NCBI GenBank assembly: GCA_038323195.1 | Contig: JBBQGQ010000015.1 | Location: 33,527-97,526, forward strand | Reading direction: 5' to 3' | DNA from: Acidimicrobiia bacterium | GTDB lineage: Bacteria > Actinomycetota > Acidimicrobiia > IMCC26256 > PALSA-610 | DNA: 64,000 nt | Shown here: positions 61,877 to 64,000 of the stretch, one piece after another | Layout of the letters: every line of letters begins with the position of its first letter | How positions within the stretch are numbered: the first letter of the stretch is position 1 | Program-made: the position numbers and the translations under genes | Notes under the pieces: model-generated | Database searches by the model: none | Told to the model about the DNA's origin: nothing | The model's input: only the letters and a program-made list of their open reading frames with translations

Positions 61877-62272
61877 ATGTCGAGTCGAGGATTCGATCTA
61901 CTCGGGACCGACGAGTGCATCGCTCGTCTCGGGAGCCGATCGTTCGGTCGGATCGGGATGAAGATCGCCGACGATCCGATCGTTCTTCCGGTGTTCTACG
62001 CACTCATCGACGGCGAGATCGTCTTCCGGACAGACCCGGGTACGAAGCTGATCGCAGCGGTGTTGGAGTCACGAGTCGCGTTCGAGGTCGACGACCTGAA
62101 CGAGGGCTGGAGCGTGCTCGTCGTCGGGCGCGCGCACGAGGTGCGAACGCCCTCGCTCGTGGAGAGCCTGCAATCGCAACTCGATGCCTTCTGGCCGGGC
62201 AGCGAACGCGACCGTCTCGTACGGATCGAGGTCGAAAGGATCACGGGCCGGCGCCTTCACCCCGTGCAGTGA
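61877..62272 (+). CDS. pyridoxamine 5'-phosphate oxidase-like protein (paralog 2)
   Basis: 131-aa ORF. LGTDECIARLGSRSFGRIGMK...PIVLPVFYALIDGEIVFRTDPGTK...GWSVLVVGRA. A GGAGGGTGGGAG SD lies upstream. Confidence 0.8.
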   Translation: MSSRGFDLLGTDECIARLGSRSFGRIGMKIADDPIVLPVFYALIDGEIVFRTDPGTKLIAAVLESRVAFEVDDLNEGWSVLVVGRAHEVRTPSLVESLQSQLDAFWPGSERDRLVRIEVERITGRRLHPVQ

Positions 62273-62335
62273 AAGTCGCGCGCCGCCACGTCCTTCCTGC
62301 GCCGATATCAGGGTCGACCAGTGGCGTTCAGCCGA

Positions 62336-62776
62336 TCAGCCCGAGGCACCGGAGTGTTGACCGTGCGGAAGCGGTATGCGCCGGCCGGTGAGGGCTTTGG
62401 GTTGGATGCGCAGCCAGATCGCTTTCGGGCCGGGAGACCACGGGCCGAGCGGGAGCCGCCCGAGGCGATCGCGGTCGGCCGGGTCACGGACTTGGACCGC
62501 GTCACCGATCGCCAGGACGCTCCAGCCGGTCTTGTACACGGTGTCCGTCCCGTCACATTCGAACGCAACTCTTTTGTTCCGCGCACCGTAGACCTTGGTT
62601 CCCGGATCGTTGCGAAACACGATCGCGTTGGCGTCGAGCGCGAAGTTCACGGGAAAGATCAGCGGTTGATCGTCGATCACGACCGCGAGCCGACCGAGAC
62701 TGCACCGGCCGAGCAGCGCGAGGCACTCGTCCCAGTCGAGTATGTCCAGTCCCGTCCGGCCATCGAACTCCGCCAT
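62336..62776 (-). CDS. pyridoxamine 5'-phosphate oxidase-like protein (paralog 3)
   Basis: ATG at 62776 gives MAEFDGRTGLDILDWDECLALLGRCSLGRLAVV...PLIFPVNFALDANAIVFRNDPGTK...GWSVLAIGDA. An alternative GTG is at 62806. Confidence 0.8.
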   Translation of the reverse strand: MAEFDGRTGLDILDWDECLALLGRCSLGRLAVVIDDQPLIFPVNFALDANAIVFRNDPGTKVYGARNKRVAFECDGTDTVYKTGWSVLAIGDAVQVRDPADRDRLGRLPLGPWSPGPKAIWLRIQPKALTGRRIPLPHGQHSGASG

Positions 62777-62946
62777 GCCCGTAGCGTCGTTGACGGGAAC
62801 CCACACGGGCAGGGCCGTTCGTCACATACCGGATGGCCTTGGGCCTTCGCTTCACCCGTAGCCGCGATACCGCCGCCACCCGTCTCAGATCGGTGGGTCC
62901 AAGTCTCGGCATGGCGCGCGGCCAAAACGTTGGCTGTCGGCCCGGG

Positions 62947-63363
62947 CTATCCGGTCGCGAGCAGCACGCCTACGTAGGTTGCGCCGAGCGCGGCGAGCAG
63001 AGCGAGTGCGGCCAAGACGCCGCCGAGCGCGGGTCGACGCCTCGCAACAAGAATGTGTGCGAGTGCGCCGATCCCAGACACGGCGACGAGGATCAGTTTC
63101 ACCCACAGGGTCGTCAGATAGCTGCCCGACTGCTCGCCGACGTTCACTGCGAACAGGTTCCAGATACCGGTGGCGAGCAGAAGGACGAACGCCGGCCAGG
63201 CGATGAGCTGGAAGCGGCGTCCGACCGCACGCGCGGTCTCGATGCCGCCGAACTGGCGAACGACCGGTACCAAAGCGGCGAGCGCTACCTGCCCGCCGAC
63301 CCAAACCGTCGCGCCAAGGACGTGCAAGAACAGCCGGATGGTCGCGGCATGGACGGGCAACAC
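62947..63363 (-). CDS. 4-TM membrane protein (CopD-like)
   Basis: 138-aa ORF. IRLFLHVLGATVWVGGQVALAALVP... and three further hydrophobic helices. The H-x7-W-x-GG pattern is reminiscent of CopD-type domains. Confidence 0.65.
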   Translation of the reverse strand: MLPVHAATIRLFLHVLGATVWVGGQVALAALVPVVRQFGGIETARAVGRRFQLIAWPAFVLLLATGIWNLFAVNVGEQSGSYLTTLWVKLILVAVSGIGALAHILVARRRPALGGVLAALALLAALGATYVGVLLATG

Positions 63364-63800
63364 GAACGGAGGCTACGACGCGCTGCAAGTCCCCGGAGGA
63401 AGCAACGGTCGCCCGAAACACACGCTCCATATCGCGGCCACCCATCGTCACGTATCGCCGATTCAAGGGCGCGATATTGCGGCGGAGAGTGTGACCAGAG
63501 GATCGTCAGAGGCGGTCGTTCGGCCCTAGTCGCATTTGCGGATCGGGACGAATCTCACTACCCGGAGGTGTACGTGGCGATGACGAGATTGCACGACGTC
63601 TCGACGCCTGGCGATGCGGCAGCGTTGACCCGATGCGCTAGACCGACGTACCCTCCGGCCACTTTCCGACAAATGAGGAACGTCGCCCCGGACCGCGGCG
63701 ACCGAGCTCGCCCGTTTCAACATGTTCTAGAGGCGGCTATGAGGCAACCATCGTGACCCGGTCGGTCGGCATTGCAGGCGGGCACCGGCTGTCGCGTCGC

Positions 63801-64000
63801 ATGGCGGGAAGAACTCGCCCGGTCACGTCTCGCCGACTACGGATCTACACCTGTGTCGCGTTGATTGGGATACTCGGCGGCGTCGCCGGATGCGCGAGTA
63901 CTCCGAGCTCGACCGGAAGTGGAGCAGCGTCGTTGGAAGGCGGCATCAAGATACCCACGTCGCCGTCCGGCTCGAAGGTCGGTGCCTCGACGGTGCATGT
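63801..64000 (+). CDS. putative lipoprotein (5' part; continues beyond window)
   Basis: ATG at 63801 gives MAGRTRPVTSRRLRIYTCVALIGILGGVAGCASTPSSTGSG..., with the lipobox GVAGC. The frame is open to the window end. Confidence 0.6.
   Translation, partial: MAGRTRPVTSRRLRIYTCVALIGILGGVAGCASTPSSTGSGAASLEGGIKIPTSPSGSKVGASTVH

Noticed and set aside
63574-63756. 60-aa ORF with a GGAGG SD (GTG at 63574; MAMTRLHDVSTPGD...) in the low-GC intergenic region 63364-63800
   Set aside because: It has many codons that are rare for this genome (AGA, AGG, TTG, CTA, CAA, TTT, CAT), a hydrophilic low-information sequence and no motif. It cannot be excluded, but support is insufficient. An 8-bp inverted repeat ATATCGCG/CGCGATAT (63429-63477) nearby also lacks context.

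Overview
This is a high-GC, gene-dense chromosomal segment of about 75 protein genes and one tRNA-Arg(CCG). I recognised no rRNA, CRISPR array, transposase, integrase or known defence genes. Several hallmarks point to Actinomycetota: a WhiB1-like protein, a class E sortase, a fused Kgd/OdhA-type 2-oxoglutarate dehydrogenase, the proteasome activator Bpa, a PdtaS-type kinase, an ArsA/Get3-like ATPase pair next to DUF3107, and many apparently leaderless genes.

Gene content from left to right:
- TetR, aldo/keto reductase, GT4 glycosyltransferase and secreted proteins.
- Two tandem membrane-anchored HD-GYP-like paralogs, convergent with a DUF5317-like membrane protein.
- A biotin-enzyme cluster (carboxyltransferase, GNAT, 72-aa biotinyl protein, two crotonases) with no biotin carboxylase.
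- A class E sortase divergent from a complete, translationally coupled System I ccmABCDEFGHI operon.
- A sulfonate-type ABC importer with a Cys-free Rrf2 regulator.
- A GntR regulator coupled to a mitochondrial-type aconitase.
- A SufR-like regulator, cysteine desulfurase and VOC protein, divergent from Mrp/ApbC.
- DUF3107, two ArsA-like ATPases, PdtaS and WhiB1.
- Housekeeping genes (kgd, class II DAHP synthase, bpa, DEAD-box helicase).
- An orphan small ParA-like ATPase next to an acyl-ACP desaturase.
- A cNMP-domain/TrxR-like fusion with a Mo-oxidoreductase/FNR pair.
- Glutamate decarboxylase and tRNA-Arg.
- A cluster of a Zn-ribbon protein, an alcohol dehydrogenase and three PNPOx-like paralogs.

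The strongest second-look items:
- The System I ccm operon in an actinobacterial context.
- The degenerate HD-GYP pair with DUF5317 and its 530-bp low-GC leader.
- The biotin carboxylase-less carboxyltransferase/BCCP/GNAT cluster.
- A 65-bp x2 tandem repeat (four GCCCGGGCGA palindromes) in the helicase leader, plus a 16-bp x2 duplication at the helicase 3' end.
- A perfect 28-bp palindrome abutting the desaturase start and the ParA-like gene.
- A near-consensus CRP site upstream of whiB.

All calls come from reading translations and motifs by eye; no database search was run. Most long alternative-frame ORFs in the track are high-GC artefacts.
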